Positions 41,392 to 51,616 of a stretch of DNA of 64,000 bases are shown here, in pieces. The stretch's first letter is position 1. Each line of letters opens with the position of its first letter. The translations under genes and the position numbers were made by a program. The notes beneath the pieces are model-generated. The model had not been told where the DNA came from. It made no database searches and worked only from the letters and a program-made list of their open reading frames with translations. The DNA is from Nitrospirota bacterium (GTDB lineage: Bacteria; Nitrospirota; Nitrospiria; Nitrospirales; NS-4), in NCBI GenBank assembly GCA_963788195.1, contig CAWBGA010000002.1, forward strand, positions 256,001 through 320,000, read 5' to 3'.

Positions 41392-42862
41392 ATGAGTAAA
41401 CCCATGAGTTGGACGGTGGGGCAACGGATCGTTCTCGGATATGCGTTGATTCTTTTGCTGCTTCTTGTGGTGGCGGGGGTCGGGAGCTACCAGTTGCCTC
41501 GCACCAGCAAGACGTTCGAGACCTCGATCCATGCGCAGGGACAGGACCTGATCGCGCCGTTGGAAGCGAAGAGCACGATCGCTTTCGCGAATCTCAATGT
41601 GCTCCGCTACGTGGTGACAAAAGACAGCGTTTTTGTGAAACAGTGGGAGATTGACATCCTCCATGCCGACAGGCCTTGGGGGAGCTGCAAAACGCCAGTT
41701 CATCTGCCGACCTGAAAATCGGATGGGGAGAGGCACTTCGTCTGCTGCAGAGTTGGGAGGAAACCGCCAGGTTGACGCTTTCGGCCGCGGCGTCGGGCCG
41801 CGAGCAGGAGACAGTTCGTCTGTTGAAGGAACGCATGCTCCCTCTGCAGATGCAGTTGTTTGCCAAGCTCAGCGAGCTGATCGACCTAGGACAAGCGCGG
41901 ACGAAAAAGGTGACTCAGGCAGCGGTGACGGAATCCTACGCGCGCCATGTGGATCATGCTTGTCACCGCGGTGCTCGCGATCGGTTCAGGGATTGTTAAT
42001 TGCCTGGGGATTGACGCGCTCGGTTACGAAATCTCTCCGCGACACCATCTTCACCCTGGCCTCCTCGTCCTCGCAGATTCAGGCGGCAACCGCCCAGCAA
42101 GCCGCGGGGGTCCTTGAAGAAGCGACGGCGGTGCAGGAGACGACGACCACCGTGGAGGAAGTAAAGCAGACCGCCCAGCTCGCGGCGCAGAAAGTGCGGG
42201 ACGTCGCCGAGGCGGCGAAGAAGACGGCGGAGATCTCTCTGGATGGCCGGCGGGCCGTGGAGGAAAGCATTAAAGGGACGCAGGAAGCGAGGACCAGAAT
42301 GGAGGCCCTGGCGGGCCGGATCGTAGCCCTGAGTGAGCAAGGGCAGGCGATCGGCGAGATTATCGCCACAGTGAACGACTTGGCGGAGCAGTCTAATCTC
42401 CTCGCAGTCAACGCGGCGATCGAGGCGGCGAAGGCGGGAGAGGTCGGGAAAGGGTTTGCGGTGGTTGCCGCCGAAGTTAAAAGCCTCGCGGAGCGCTCGA
42501 AGCAGGCTACCGGGCAGGTGCGCAGCATTCTAAACGAGGTCCAGCGAGCGACGCAGGCGGCGGTGATGGCAGCCGACCAAGGCGTGAAAGCATGGGAAAC
42601 GGGTGAAAGTGTGGCGAGGCGCGCCGGGGAGGCGATTCGCGTCCTGGCCGACGCCCAGATCGAATCGGCTCAGGCGGCCCAACAGACCCAGGTGGTTGCA
42701 CATCAGCAGGCCGTCGGCATGGATCAAATTGCGGCGGCAATGGCTAACATCCAGCAGGCTTCCAGCCAAAACATGGCGTCCACGCGGCAAGTGGATGACG
42801 CCGCCCGGGACCTCAATGAGCTGGCCGGACGTCTTTCAGTCCTGGTCGGAGGCACTCGCTAG
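41392..42862 (+). CDS. Methyl-accepting chemotaxis protein, 2 frameshifts
   Basis: TM-periplasmic helical bundle-[42 protein letters not shown]. Confidence 0.9.
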
Positions 42863-42891
42863 AGCTTGACCGCAACGCGTAGAGGATTTGC

Positions 42892-45099
42892 ATGCCGATG
42901 AAGAATCAGGATTTCAAAGCGCGGCTGCTCGCGACGTTCAAGATCGAGGCACAAGAGCATCTCGAAGTCCTCGCAGCGAATCTGCTTGCACTGCAAGGTG
43001 GTGTTCCCGCAGAGCAGGTGCCCGAGTTAGTCGAGGCGACCTTTCGCGAACTTCACACCCTTAAGGGAGCGGCGCGATCAGTCAGCTTGAGGAATGTCGA
43101 GAATCTCTGCCAGGCAGGCGAATCCCTCCTAAGCAAGATTTCTCACGGGAGCCTCAGCGTGAACCGCTCCATCCTCGACGCGCTAAGCGATGCGATCGGC
43201 GGCCTCACCCTGTTGTTAAGCGGCGATGAAGCCTCGGTAAAACTGGCCGAGATTATTGAACGTCTCGATGCTGCTGGGACCGAGACCGTATCCGACCCAA
43301 CTGAGCTCGTGGGGAGGTCTGTCAGCATCATGAAAATGACCGGGCGCAGTGGGGCTCAAACCACAGCCAACCGATACCATCCGTCTCACCACCGCCAAAC
43401 TGGATACGCTGCTTCTTCAGGCCGAGGATTTGCTGGTTCCTAAACTTGCGAACGAAGAACGGCTTCGAGAGGCCGGCGCGCTGGTCGAGGGGCTGTCGCA
43501 ATGCCGCTCCCAGTGGAATCGGCTGCGGGGCGCTCGCAGCCTGAATGGCTCAAGCACCGATGCTCCCGAGCTTGCGACCGAGGTGGATATCGCGCTGCGT
43601 ACCATGGAAGGCAATGCTCGTCAGCTCCAGGGGCGGCTGACTCGCGATCACCAGGCCATTACCGGAATTGTGGATGGCCTCCTCGACGCAGATGCGACAG
43701 GTGAGGATGACGACAGCCTCATCGGTGCTCGGCTTATTCGCGCCGATGGTCCTCGACCTGGCTCAGGAGCTGGACAAAGAAGTGGAATGTCTGGTGTACG
43801 GCGCCGATCTTGAGATCGATCGAAAGGTGTTGGAAGCCATCAAGGACCCGTTGATCCACTTGGTGCGAAATGCGGTTGACCATGGGATTGAAGCGCCCGC
43901 GGCACGTCTGAAGGCCGGCAAGCCGCTCACGAGGACGCGTGACCGTGAGCGTTGCCGCGATGGAAGGGAATCGCATTGAAATTAGGGTGGAGGATGACGG
44001 TCGGGGTTTGAACCTGGCGCTGGTCAAGGCCGCGGCGGTTCGGGCTCGACTTTTGACCGTGGAAACGGCTGAAGCATTGACCGACGAGCAAATCCTCGAG
44101 CTCATCTATCGTTCCGGTTTCAGCACCAGTCCGATCATCACCGATCTTTCCGGTCACGGCTTAGGACTGGCAATCGTGAAAGAACGGGTTGAAGGTTAGG
44201 CGGACGTCTCGATATGGAAAGCCGGCCCGGTGCCGGGATGGCGGTCCGTATGATCCTCCCTGCCAGCATCGCCACTTTCCATGGCATCCTGATCCGCGCC
44301 GGCGGCCAGCAGTTCCTTCTTCCTGCCGAAGCGGTCGAGCGGGCCGTGCGGGTCGCCCAAGATGCCGTCGAGCATATCGAGGACCGAGAGGTCATCCGTT
44401 GGGATGGGCAGCCAGTATCCATAGCACGGCTCAGCCAAGTGCTCGGCATGCCTGAGCAGAACGGCCATTCAGACCTCGCCGGGTCGCACTCCACGCGTGA
44501 TCGTGCGAGTCGGAGAGGAGCGTGCCGCGCTCATCGTTGAGGAAGTTCTAGGAGACCGAGAGGTGTTGGTCAAGGAGCTCCGGCCGCCGCTCGTTCGCGT
44601 GCGGAACGTCGCAGGGGCGGCGCTGCTTGGAACCGGGCAAGTCGTCCTGATCCTGCGCGCAACGGACCTCCTGCAATCGCTTCGCACGATCCAACCCGTC
44701 TTTGCGTCTCCAGCGGCGCGGGACGCCAAAGAGGAAGAGCGGACTGTCTTAGTGGTTGATGATTCCATTACGACCCGTACGATGGAGAAAAATCTTTTGG
44801 AAGCGGCAGGCTATCTGGTGAAGGTGGCGGTGGACGGACTCGATGCATGGACAGTTCTGAAGAGCGAGAAGGTCGACCTGGTCCTGTCGGACGTGGACAT
44901 GCCCCGGATGGATGGACTGGACCTCACGGCTCGGATCCGCGCGGATTCCAAGCTTGCCGAACTTCCCGTCATCCTTGTCACGGCGCTGGAATCTCGAGAA
45001 GACAAGGAGCGGGGTATTGAAGTGGGCGCCAACGCCTACATCGTCAAGTCGAGCTTCGACCAAACCAACATTCTAGAGATCATCCGCCGGTTCATATGA
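42892..45099 (+). CDS. cheA: CheA-REC hybrid kinase (WspE-like), about 5 frameshifts
   Basis: FRELHTLKGAAR, HLVRNAVDHGIE, DDGRG, SGFST..SGHGLGL, CheW domain, REC VVDDS..SDVDMP. Confidence 0.9.
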
Positions 45100-45112
45100 A
45101 GAACGCGCGCTC

Positions 45113-46146
45113 ATGATTCGCGTGCTCGTCGTGGAAGACTCGGCCGTAGCCCGGGAGTACCTGGTCCATTTGTTCGGCCAGGATCCGGCGCTAAAAGTGG
45201 TCGGCACGGCGAAGGACGGACTGGAAGCGGTGGAACAAGCGGAACACCTCAGGCCGGACATCATTGCAATGGACGTGCACATGCCGCGGATGAACGGCTA
45301 CGAGGCTACCCGCCAAATCATGGAGCGCACCCCAACGCCCATCGTGATGATGAGCGCCAACACGAGCGAGGAAGTGCCGATTGCTTTCGACGCCCTCAAA
45401 GCCGGCGCCCTGGGTCTAGTAGATAAGCCTCTTGGAATGGATCATTCGAACCATGCCGAGAGTGTCCGTAAGTTGCTGGAGCAGGTGAAGTTAATGGCGG
45501 AGGTTAAGGTGGTGAGACGATGGGCAAGGCGCGGAGCGACACGGTTCGCCGGCTCCGCCTCTTCAGACCGATAGAAAAATTCGGCTGATCGCAATCGGCG
45601 CGTCCACCGGCGGGCCTGCGGCCGTGGCCGAGATTCTCGATGGGGTTAACCGGCACGCTGCCGTTGCCGATCCTGGTCGTGCAGCATATTGCGCCGGGCT
45701 TCACGACGGGACTGGCCGAATGGCTCAACCGGTCGACTGCTCTGACCGTAAAGGTCGCAGAAGGAGGCGAGCGAGTCCGGCCGGCCACGGTGTATGTCGC
45801 GCCTAATGGCTCTCAGATGGGAATCACCAAAGACGGCCGGATCACTCTGACCAAGGAACCGTTGGAGGGGGGCTTCTCGCCGTCCGCGACATATCTCTTT
45901 CGCTCCGTGGCGGAAGCCTATGGCCGGTTCGCGGTCGGCATTCTGCTCACTGGTATGGGCCGGGACGGGGTGTCCGGTCTGTTGCGGATGCGGGAAGCCG
46001 GAGGAGTCACGTTTGCGCAGGATGAGGAGACGAGCGTGGTCTTCGGCATGCCGGGGGAGGCGATTCGCGCGGGAGCGGCCATGCACGTGCTCTCTCCCGC
46101 ACGGATCGCAAACGCGATCAGTTGGCTTCTGGCGCATGGAAAGTGA
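45113..46146 (+). CDS. cheB: CheB methylesterase, 2 frameshifts
   Basis: REC domain; IGASTGGP (near 45590), VVQHI, LTGMGRDG, VVFGMP. Confidence 0.9.
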
Positions 46147-46156
46147 GGTCAGGCCA

Positions 46157-46806
46157 ATGCAACCCGTGACCAGCGATGGGGCCGAGATCCTCATTGTCGA
46201 GGACAGTCTGACACAGGCGGAACAGCTCAAATATTTGCTGGAAGAGTCGGGGTATCGGGTCACGGTTGCGGCCAACGGCAAGCAGGCGCTGGCATTGGTT
46301 CGCAAGCGGAAGCCGAGGCTGATCATCAGCGACATCTGATGCCGGAGATGGACGGCTATACGCTCTGCAGGACCATCAAATCTGATCCCGCGACGAAAGA
46401 CATTCCGGTGATCCTCCTCACGTCCCTCGCAAGCCCTGACGATGTGATCAAAGTCCTGGACTCCAGCGCCGACAACTTCATTCATAAGCCCTATGACGAG
46501 AAATATCTGTTGTCACGGGTGCACTACATCCTGACGAACCGGGAACTTCCCAAGACCGACAACCAGATGGGGATCGAGATCTTTTTTGGTCGGAAGCGAC
46601 ATTTCATTACCGCGCAACGGGAGCAGATTCTGAACCTGCTGATTTCCATGTTTGAGGGCACCATCCAGGTCAATGAGGAGCTGAAAGCGAAGGAGAAGGA
46701 ACTCGAGAAGGCAAATGCCAAGATGAAGGTCATGCAGGGGGAACTCGAAGATGCTCAAGCCAAGTACCGTGCGCTGCGCGATTCACGACGCCCGGGAGTC
46801 AAATAA
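46157..46806 (+). CDS. Response regulator REC plus coiled coil, no output domain, frameshift near 46337
   Basis: ILIVEDSLTQA..IISDI then MPEMDGY..LLTS..KPY; ends after a short coiled coil. Confidence 0.82.
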
Positions 46807-46978
46807 GCGACAGATCAGTCCAGGCAAGGATCTGTTGGGCGGGAGCCTGGGAAATAGCGTCGCCCGGCATTTTGGAAAAGTACCGATGGCTGATGAGGTT
46901 GGAGCAGGAGGTAAATACAGCATAAGAAGTCCGAAATTGTCATAACCTGCCGTTTGCGCTCCCGGAGCCGCCGTTTTC

Positions 46979-47006
46979 TCAAGTCAAACCCTGCCCCCAC
47001 CGATAT
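46979..47006 (+). promoter_or_regulatory. Sigma28-like promoter for the HTH-motAB operon
   Basis: TCAAG-N15-ACCGATAT versus consensus TAAA-N15-GCCGATAA. Confidence 0.7.
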
Positions 47007-47054
47007 AGTAACGAGCAACAAGCACCACTAAAAACCTCGGTTGGGAACGAAGAG

Positions 47055-47258
47055 ATGTCTCCTGAAACCCAAGTATTGACCTTGGCGGAAGTCGCTGCGC
47101 TTCTTCGCGTGCCGAAGTCAACAGTTTATAAGTTGGCGCAAAATCACACCGTTCCAGGTTTCAAGGTCGGTAAGCACTGGCGTTTTCTGCTCGGCGATAT
47201 CGAGGGATGGCTCCGGAGTCATGGAAACGGCCCTCTTGTGACAGGGGGCGAGCGGTGA
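47055..47258 (+). CDS. Small excisionase-like winged-HTH DNA-binding protein
   Basis: LTLAEVAALLRVPKSTVYKLAQ..VPGFKVGKHWRF...IEGWL. Confidence 0.85.
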   Translation: MSPETQVLTLAEVAALLRVPKSTVYKLAQNHTVPGFKVGKHWRFLLGDIEGWLRSHGNGPLVTGGER

Positions 47259-47280
47259 CAGCGCCGAGGAAGTCTACTTC

Positions 47281-48045
47281 ATGGACATTCTGACTCTCGC
47301 CGGCATTATTCTGGCCCTCGGTGCCATTCTCGGAGGCCAGGTGCTCGAAGGCGGCCATATCGGCTCCATCATGCAGGCGACGGCATTCCTTATCGTGATG
47401 GGGGGCACGGTCGGCGCGGTGATGGTGAATTACCCCATGGCCGTTTTCATGAAGGGAATGGTGAATGTCAAGATGGTCTTCTTCAATGTGCATGTGGATT
47501 CCAAGGCGATGATTGCCCAGATCGTCGAACTTGCGACCCTGAGCCGAAAACAAGGGCTGCTCGCGCTTGAAAGTAAATTGAAGGGGCTCACCGATCCGTT
47601 TCTTGCGAAGGGTCTTCAACTGGTCATTGATGGCACCGAGGCGAAAGCCATCCGGGAGATTCTGGAAATCGAAGTGGAGCAATTCGAAGAAGCGAATAAT
47701 CTCTCGGGAAAAGTATGGGAGTCATTGGGCGGTTTTGCGCCGACCATCGGCATTTTGGGCGCGGTACTTGGCTTAATTCACGTCATGGAAAATCTATCTG
47801 ATCCATCGAAACTGGGATCGGGCATCGCGACCGCCTTTGTGGCGACTATTTATGGTGTAGGCGCCGCCAATCTGTTCTTTCTTCCGATCGGCGGGAAGAT
47901 CAAGCTCAAGACAAAGGAGTTGGTTCTGGCTCGCCAGATGATTATCGAGGGCTTGGTGTCGCTGGCACAGGCGGAGAATCCAAAGATGATCGAAGAGAAG
48001 CTGAGCGGCTACCTGCCGGAATCTCAGCGGGCGAAACCGAAATGA
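47281..48045 (+). CDS. motA: Flagellar stator protein MotA
   Basis: RKQGLLALE, APTIGILGAVLGLI, AFVATIYGV. Confidence 0.95.
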   Translation: MDILTLAGIILALGAILGGQVLEGGHIGSIMQATAFLIVMGGTVGAVMVNYPMAVFMKGMVNVKMVFFNVHVDSKAMIAQIVELATLSRKQGLLALESKLKGLTDPFLAKGLQLVIDGTEAKAIREILEIEVEQFEEANNLSGKVWESLGGFAPTIGILGAVLGLIHVMENLSDPSKLGSGIATAFVATIYGVGAANLFFLPIGGKIKLKTKELVLARQMIIEGLVSLAQAENPKMIEEKLSGYLPESQRAKPK

Positions 48046-48049
48046 GGAA

Positions 48050-48102
48050 GTCATTCTGAGCGAAGCGAAGAATCTAGACCCTTCATTATATTCAGGGTGA
48101 CA
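48050..48102. repeat. REP-like hairpin repeat, copies 2 and 3 as an inverted pair
   Basis: GTCATTCTGAGCGAAGCGAAGAATCT (48050-48075) abutting the reverse-strand copy TGTCACCCTGAATATAATGAAGGGTCT (48076-48102). Confidence 0.75.
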
Positions 48103-48113
48103 TAAGGGTAGCC

Positions 48114-48905
48114 ATGGCCAGGAAAAAAAAGCATGAAGAGCATGAGAACCACGAACGGTGGTTGGTGTCGTATGCCGACTTCATCACGCTTCTGTTCGCC
48201 TTTTTCGTTGTGATGTACTCTATTTCGTCCGTCAATGAGGGCAAGTTCAGAGTCGTCAGTCAGTCCATCGTCGAAGCCCTGAACCCCATGATCAACATGT
48301 CCGCTACGACGCTTCGCTTCCAACCCGAAAACCAGGGAGGCCCCACGTCGAACCTTGCGATTTCCATAGACATGCAGGTCTATAAGAAGTTGTCGGAGGC
48401 GATTCAGGCTACGGACAGCAAGGGCCGGGTGAAAGTAGCCCAGGGCGAACGAGGAGTTACGATCAGTATTACGGACACGACCCTTTTCAAGCCAGGCGAA
48501 GCCATCGTTTTGTCCGAGGCGAGCGAAACGCTCATTCGTGTTGCCTCTGTCTTGAATGATTTTCCGCATCAGATTCGCATCGAAGGTCATACCGATAATA
48601 TGCCCATCCACACCAAAGAATTTCCGACCAATTGGGAACTGTCAGCCGCGCGCGCGCTAAACATTACGCGATTCTTGACCGAAGGCGGCTATTTGCCTGC
48701 GGAGCGATTAGCCGCCAGTGGCTATGGCGAGTTTCATCCGATTGCATCCAATGATACCCCTGAGGAGCGATCACAAAACCGCCGCGTTGAGCTGGTTATT
48801 TTAAAAGCTCTAAAAGACGTCGACGGTAATAAGGTGGTCGAGCCCATCGGGGCTCCTTGCGTGCCGACCGGGCTACCAGGCGGCTGCGAGCCCAAGGGAT
48901 TATGA
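48114..48905 (+). CDS. motB: Flagellar stator protein MotB
   Basis: WLVSYADFITLLFAFF, EGHTD, NWELSAARA, NRRVE. Confidence 0.96.
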   Translation: MARKKKHEEHENHERWLVSYADFITLLFAFFVVMYSISSVNEGKFRVVSQSIVEALNPMINMSATTLRFQPENQGGPTSNLAISIDMQVYKKLSEAIQATDSKGRVKVAQGERGVTISITDTTLFKPGEAIVLSEASETLIRVASVLNDFPHQIRIEGHTDNMPIHTKEFPTNWELSAARALNITRFLTEGGYLPAERLAASGYGEFHPIASNDTPEERSQNRRVELVILKALKDVDGNKVVEPIGAPCVPTGLPGGCEPKGL

Positions 48906-49210
48906 AAAAAGTACCTCTTCACGAAACAGTGCCGGGAATGGTCCTGGCGAAACCCATTACGAATGCGAGCGGCCTCGTGGTGGCGGCGGCGGGCTTGATG
49001 CTGGATGAGCAAATGATCGCTCATCTGGAAAGAATGGGCAAGACGGTGGTGCATGTCGAAGGGGCTGGCGAAGAGGCGAGCAAATCTCTCGAAGATCTGG
49101 AGCGGGAGCTCAACGCGCGATTTCGCAAGGTCGAAGGTGATCCCCAACTTCTGAGGATCCAAGAAGCCATTCGCCGCCATTTGCGAGAGCAGAGCGGGGT
49201 GTCGCGATGA
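48902..49210 (+). CDS. Hypothetical protein resembling the N-terminal domain found on HD-GYP proteins
   Basis: PGMVLAKPI..SGLVVAAAGLMLDEQMIAHLERMG; ATGA overlaps on both sides. Confidence 0.65.
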   Translation: MKKVPLHETVPGMVLAKPITNASGLVVAAAGLMLDEQMIAHLERMGKTVVHVEGAGEEASKSLEDLERELNARFRKVEGDPQLLRIQEAIRRHLREQSGVSR

Positions 49211-50043
49211 CCGAGACAGAACACGCTGCGTTGAAACAACGAATCGAGAAACTCGGACAGCTTCCGACGCTGCCCCAGGTTGTGCAAAAGATCGTGTCAA
49301 TGATCGATCGCCCGGAGACCTCCGCGGAGGCGCTGGGGCGGCTGATTGAGAAAGACCAGGTCCTATCGGCAAAGGTGCTGCAACTCGCCAATTCGCCCTT
49401 TTACGGATTTCCCGCGCGCATCGCCTCCGTCAGCCATGCCGTCGTGGTGCTGGGTTTAAATGTTGTGAAAGGCCTGACACTCAGTGCCAGTGTCTTCGAC
49501 ATGATGAAGGCCGCAGGGATGGACGAACTCTGGCGCCATTCCTTGGGAGTGGCCATGGTGGCGCATGTGCTCGCCACCCGGGTGGGCCATAAAAACCCCG
49601 AAGAGCTTTTTGTCGCCGGTCTGCTGCACGATCTCGGAAAGGTTGTGATGTATGTCAAGATTCCCGAGACCGTCTTGCGGATCACGGAAGCGGCGCAAAC
49701 GCGGGACCTGTATATGATCGAGTCCGAGCGGGAGGTTCTCGGACTCACTCACGCCGATATTGCCGGATGGCTGGCCACAGCCTGGCACCTGCCCATCGTC
49801 TTGAAAGAACCGATCATGTATCACCACCAGCCCTCATTGGCGACGGGAGCGCCGATGCAGACGGCGATTGTACATGTCGCCGACGTGCTCGTGAAAGCGA
49901 TGGGCTGCGGCTGCTCGGGCGATGATCTTGTTCCACTGTTAAATCCGGAAGCCTGGTCGGCCATGAACTTGAACGATGAGGGCCTGGCGGCCTGCGTCGC
50001 CAAGGCCGCCCATGAGTTCGAAACCATCGACGATTACCTATGA
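49207..50043 (+). CDS. HDOD-domain protein
   Basis: LPTLP, DQVLSAKVLQLANSPFYG, WRHSLG, AGLLHDLGK, HADIA, WHLP, YHH. Confidence 0.92.
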   Translation: MTETEHAALKQRIEKLGQLPTLPQVVQKIVSMIDRPETSAEALGRLIEKDQVLSAKVLQLANSPFYGFPARIASVSHAVVVLGLNVVKGLTLSASVFDMMKAAGMDELWRHSLGVAMVAHVLATRVGHKNPEELFVAGLLHDLGKVVMYVKIPETVLRITEAAQTRDLYMIESEREVLGLTHADIAGWLATAWHLPIVLKEPIMYHHQPSLATGAPMQTAIVHVADVLVKAMGCGCSGDDLVPLLNPEAWSAMNLNDEGLAACVAKAAHEFETIDDYL

Positions 50044-50981
50044 CCACGACCGCTACGGCGTCACGGCGTGTACTCCTGCTGCATGGGGATCCAGGCGAGG
50101 CCTCACGCCTCAATGAGATCCTGACCAAGGCCGGATTCGCCGTCGAAATCTCAAGCGAGCCCAATCCCACACTCGCGGACTTCTTCGATCATCCCCCATC
50201 CATGCTGCTGGTGGCCGAGGGCACGGGGGGACGGTCGGTGGAGACGCTGGCTCGCGATCTCAAAGCGGATCCTCTGCTGGGCCGGTTGCCGATCGTGTTT
50301 TTGATCCGCGACGTGCGGGTGGCGGACGTCGACTGGGAGACGTTGGCGGTTGATGACTACATCACGATGCCCTACTCCCCTGATGATGTCGTGCGTCGGT
50401 TACGTTTGTGCCTTTCCCGGATGTCCCGCTCGCTGGACGCGAATCCACTGACCGGCCTTCCCGGCAATACGTCCATCCTCTACGAGACAACGCGCCGGAT
50501 TGAAACCGGCAGGCCTTTTGCGCTTGCGTATCTCGACATCGATAACTTCAAGTCGTTTAACGATCGTTACAGTTACGGCAGGGGCGACGAGGTGTTGGTG
50601 GTCACGTGCCGTCTCCTGAGCACCGCGGTGAGTGAAGGCGCGGGTCCCGAAGGATTTGTCGGGCACATCGGCGGCGACGACTTTGTGCTCATGAGTTCCC
50701 CTACTGTCATGGACGACATTTGTCAAACAATCATCCGCCGGTTCGATCTCGTCATTCCGGATTTTTACGATGAAGAGGACCGCACGCGCGGTTATCTCAA
50801 TTCGGTGGATCGACGGGGTAACCGGGAGCAGTTTCCGATAATGACCGTGTCTATCGTGATGGTTTCGACCGAGACGCAGCCCATCACCCACCCCGGCGAT
50901 ATCAGCGGGCGGGTGGCGCAGTTGAAGAAACAGGCGAAGGCCCTTCAGGGGAGCAATTATCTCTCCGACCGGCGGAAGTGA
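50040..50981 (+). CDS. Pseudo-receiver plus GGDEF diguanylate cyclase
   Basis: DANPLTGLPGN, DIDNFKSFND, GDEVL, GHIGGDDF; REC-like N-terminus lacks the canonical Asp. Confidence 0.88.
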   Translation: MTTTATASRRVLLLHGDPGEASRLNEILTKAGFAVEISSEPNPTLADFFDHPPSMLLVAEGTGGRSVETLARDLKADPLLGRLPIVFLIRDVRVADVDWETLAVDDYITMPYSPDDVVRRLRLCLSRMSRSLDANPLTGLPGNTSILYETTRRIETGRPFALAYLDIDNFKSFNDRYSYGRGDEVLVVTCRLLSTAVSEGAGPEGFVGHIGGDDFVLMSSPTVMDDICQTIIRRFDLVIPDFYDEEDRTRGYLNSVDRRGNREQFPIMTVSIVMVSTETQPITHPGDISGRVAQLKKQAKALQGSNYLSDRRK

Positions 50982-50982
50982 T

Positions 50983-51294
50983 GTGGACCTGGAGCTTGAC
51001 CGTTTTGGCTGCTGCAATCGAGCGGCTCAGGCGCTTGAGAGACCGCAGGACCTTTTCTATGGCATCTGCTCTGTTTCGGGCGCGGATCGTGTGGGCGAGA
51101 ATTGTACACGCCATGTTGAAGCCCTCCTGCCAACCCTGATTCCCGTCCACGTCAATGAGGGATTCAGCCAGTTGAGCGCACGCTTCCCGCTCATCGGTGA
51201 CGGACACAGTCAGCTGCTGAAGAGCTTGGCAGTATTTGCACCAATGGTCTTGATGGCTCGGCCCACAGATCGCGACATCAAGATCCGATTGTAG
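50983..51294 (+). CDS. Hypothetical protein
   Basis: 103-aa ORF starting 2 nt after the previous stop; no recognised motif. Confidence 0.3.
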   Translation: MDLELDRFGCCNRAAQALERPQDLFYGICSVSGADRVGENCTRHVEALLPTLIPVHVNEGFSQLSARFPLIGDGHSQLLKSLAVFAPMVLMARPTDRDIKIRL

Positions 51295-51572
51295 CTCCGG
51301 GTCGGGCGTCATATTTCGCCTCGGAAAAGCTAAATCGTGGGACACCTCGACCGTACCGCTAAGGAGGAAGCGTGTCAAGATTTGCTCAAGACATTCCCGC
51401 ACGCTGTCTCTTTCCGCCCGGTAGAATTCTCCTAGCCCCGTACCCTCCTCGGCCAAGCCCGAACACCGTAAATTACAGCCTAGGGCACAACATATAGGTA
51501 TTATAGTGGTCACCTACCCTCCAGGCTGGATTCTCAAAACGAACCCGGCTAGGGATTTGGTCGTCATGGAAA

Positions 51573-51588
51573 CGGCATGTGTCTTGCT
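51573..51588 (+). promoter_or_regulatory. Sigma54 promoter for the flgF operon
   Basis: CGGCAT-GTGTC-TTGCT, GG-N10-GC, 28 bp upstream of ATG 51617. Confidence 0.8.
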
Positions 51589-51616
51589 GTTATCCCTTGT
51601 AACAGCGAGGTGCGCA

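Noticed and set aside
26143..46990. AGTCAAA near both edges of the inserted block as att sites or a target duplication
   Set aside because: Only 7 bp, expected by chance; the right copy lies within the sigma28-like promoter and no integrase is present
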